Assembly (NCBI RefSeq): GCF_030144855.1
Contig: NC_082728.1
Location: 33,108,001-33,172,000 of the forward strand
DNA: 64,000 bases
Reading direction: 5' to 3'
Source: Hypanus sabinus
Taxonomy: Eukaryota
Position 1 is the first letter of the stretch. Every line of letters begins with the position of its first letter. Below, one piece after another: positions 62,001-64,000 of the stretch. The notes under the pieces are model-generated. The model had not been told where the DNA came from, searched no databases, and was given only the letters and a program-made list of their open reading frames with translations. The translations under genes and the position numbers were made by a program.

Positions 62001-64000
62001 ACCTAAAGATTCCTGTACCGATTCCCTTACTGCAAATAAAAGTAAGTTTATACCCTCATTCATTTTCCACACAATATGTCCTAATCATATTCTTGAGGGT
62101 AGAATGAAACCTCTCCAAGGCACCTTGCGATTCTGAATGGTATGCAGACGAAGTAATTTGCTTAGCTCCCAATTTATAAACTATCTGTTGAAACAATCCA
62201 GACATAAAATTACTGCCTTGATCAGTTTGTATCTCTGTAGGTAATCCAAAATAAGTAAAAAAAAATTATAAGAGCCTTTGTCACAGTTTTAGCTTATATA
62301 TTCCTAAGTGGTACTGCCTCTGGAAACCTAGACGAAGTACACATGATAGTCAACAAATACTGATAACCAGTTTTTGTCTTTGGTAATGGACCAACACAAT
62401 CTACCATAACTTTAGAAAATGGTTCACCAAATTCTGGAATAGATTGTAATGGAGCTACTGGTGTAACCTGATTTGCTTTACCCACAATTTGACAAGTATG
62501 GCACATTTTACAAAACATCGCCACATCTATTCTTAAACCAGGCCTGTAAAAATGTTTTAAAATCATGTCCACAGTTTTCCTTACCCCTTGATGTCCACCT
62601 AAAGGCACACTATGAGCTAAAGTCAAAATCTCATTCTGATAAACTTTCGGGACAACTACCTGGTACCTCACTTGCAGGAATTATAGGTGATCTCCACTTC
62701 CTCATCAACACTCCTTTTTCCAAGTAATACCCTACTGGCACCTTCTCAATTTCACTACCTGGTAAAGCTTGCTCTCTTAATTTTATAATCTCAGGGTCTC
62801 TATTCTGCTCTGCTATCATCTCCTTCCGAGACAGAGATAAATCTTCATAGTCAGACTTACTCCAAGAATCTTGTTCAAACAACGAAGATAAGAAAGTCTC
62901 TGACACATCCTCAAAACTCAAATCCTGAGTTGAACAGTCATGAGTAACAACCTCATTCTGCGCATCAATCTTTTTAGCCATAGCTCTAGTCACAATACAG
63001 GAAGAATCTGTGTTAGAATTCAACTCTGGTTCCTCTGACTCCATTGAAAAATGCACTTCAGGAAAAACTTGTCCACCTGCCAAGTCATTACCTACCAATA
63101 AAGAAATACCCTTCACAGGTAAGTTATGCTGTAATCCTACTTAAACAAATCCTGTAACTAACCCTGATTTTAAATTTACTTTCTGTATATGTACAGGCAC
63201 AAAATCACTCCCAACACCTCTTATGTAATTTATGTCACCAGTATCAGACTCTTCATTAAACTTCAACACACTGTCTAACATCAGTGTTTGAGAAGCTCCA
63301 GTATCCCTAAGGATTTTTATTGGCACCAGAGTAGATCCTTCTTTCAAGGCTACAAACCCTTCAATTATAAAATGATCATATCCCTTCTAAACTGATCAGA
63401 CTCTAACAAAGCCTCATTTGTGTTTATCAAACCCTGTAACTTTACAGGTGCTTCAGTATGTTGCACACAAGCATCTGGAACTGCTTCCTTCTCCTTCTTT
63501 TTCAATCTGAAACAGTTAGCTATTACATGGCCAGGCTTCTTACAATAGTTACAAATAAGACCAAACTGTCTTTCCTTCACAGGCTTTCCTTCCTCCTTAA
63601 CTTTCTCATTATCTTCTGATTTACTTTCTGATTTACCTTGAGACTCCATGTTATTTTTCCACTTAAAAATTCTGCCTTGAGGAAATTTATTCTAATGGAT
63701 TAAAACATACTCATCAGCTAATCTAGCATAGTCCTGCAATTTACCAGTATTGTGGCGACCCATTTCCTAGCGTATCCGAACCGACTCACAATTAGATAGC
63801 CTACGGGGGTTTGCGAGCACAGAGCTTTGGAGCCTCTGCGCCATGGGGGGCCGGTTGACAGAGGCTTAAAAGTGAGGCTGAAGTTTTCGAATAAAGTTTT
63901 TTCCTTCGACTGCAGTTACCGACTCCGTGTCGTAATTTTAGCACTGCGTGTAGCACACCGCTACAGTATCCCTCTCATTTAAGTAGGTCCTTACTTCAAC
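59045..64000 (-). mobile_element. Gmr1-type Gypsy (gag-PR-IN-RT-RH, 3' LTR 59045-59885); 5' end lies beyond the window
   Basis: In reading order: CNYCKKPGHVIANC, LRDTGAS, HSVPLGGH..CHTC plus integrase core, WSSPC/DYRKVN/YIDD, DAS..SDHNPL; multiple stops and frameshifts. Confidence 0.93.
63751..63965 (+). mobile_element. Solo LTR of the CsRN1-type family inserted in the Gmr1 gag
   Basis: Reverse complement of 41237-41451; perfect TSD GTAT. Confidence 0.97.

Noticed and set aside
1-64000. CRISPR array, rRNA or prokaryotic operon
   Set aside because: There is no repeat-spacer periodicity and no rRNA-like sequence; spliced genes and vertebrate repeats show the DNA is eukaryotic.

Overview
AT-rich, repeat-dense eukaryotic DNA. 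The mix of CR1, L2, L1, Penelope-like, Gypsy, hAT and Tc1 repeats suggests a cartilaginous fish such as a ray (inference). The ORF track is mostly transposon debris or antisense ORFs; the host genes had to be built by hand from splice sites. (1) A minus-strand B7-family Ig gene at about 33.7-38.8 kb: UTR exon, leader, IgV, two tandem IgC exons, TM, then short cytoplasmic exons, about 397 aa with all phases compatible. The two IgC exons come from a 1.19-kb tandem duplication and have diverged more than their introns, mostly at nonsynonymous sites. The IgV lacks its canonical Trp and second Cys. (2) The TM exon (55770-55895) and a likely terminal exon (46096-46130) of an upstream minus-strand membrane-protein gene. 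(3) A 4.9-kb inverted duplication (16478-21358 vs 45592-50436) carrying that terminal exon. It abuts a hAT transposon end and sits, with the hAT, inside a solo LTR inside an L1. (4) A GC-rich CsRN1-type Gypsy element (41237-45437) with two solo LTRs elsewhere, and a Gmr1-type Gypsy with integrase before RT (59045 to window end). No rRNA, genuine tRNA or CRISPR array was found. All alignments and counts were done by eye and are approximate.
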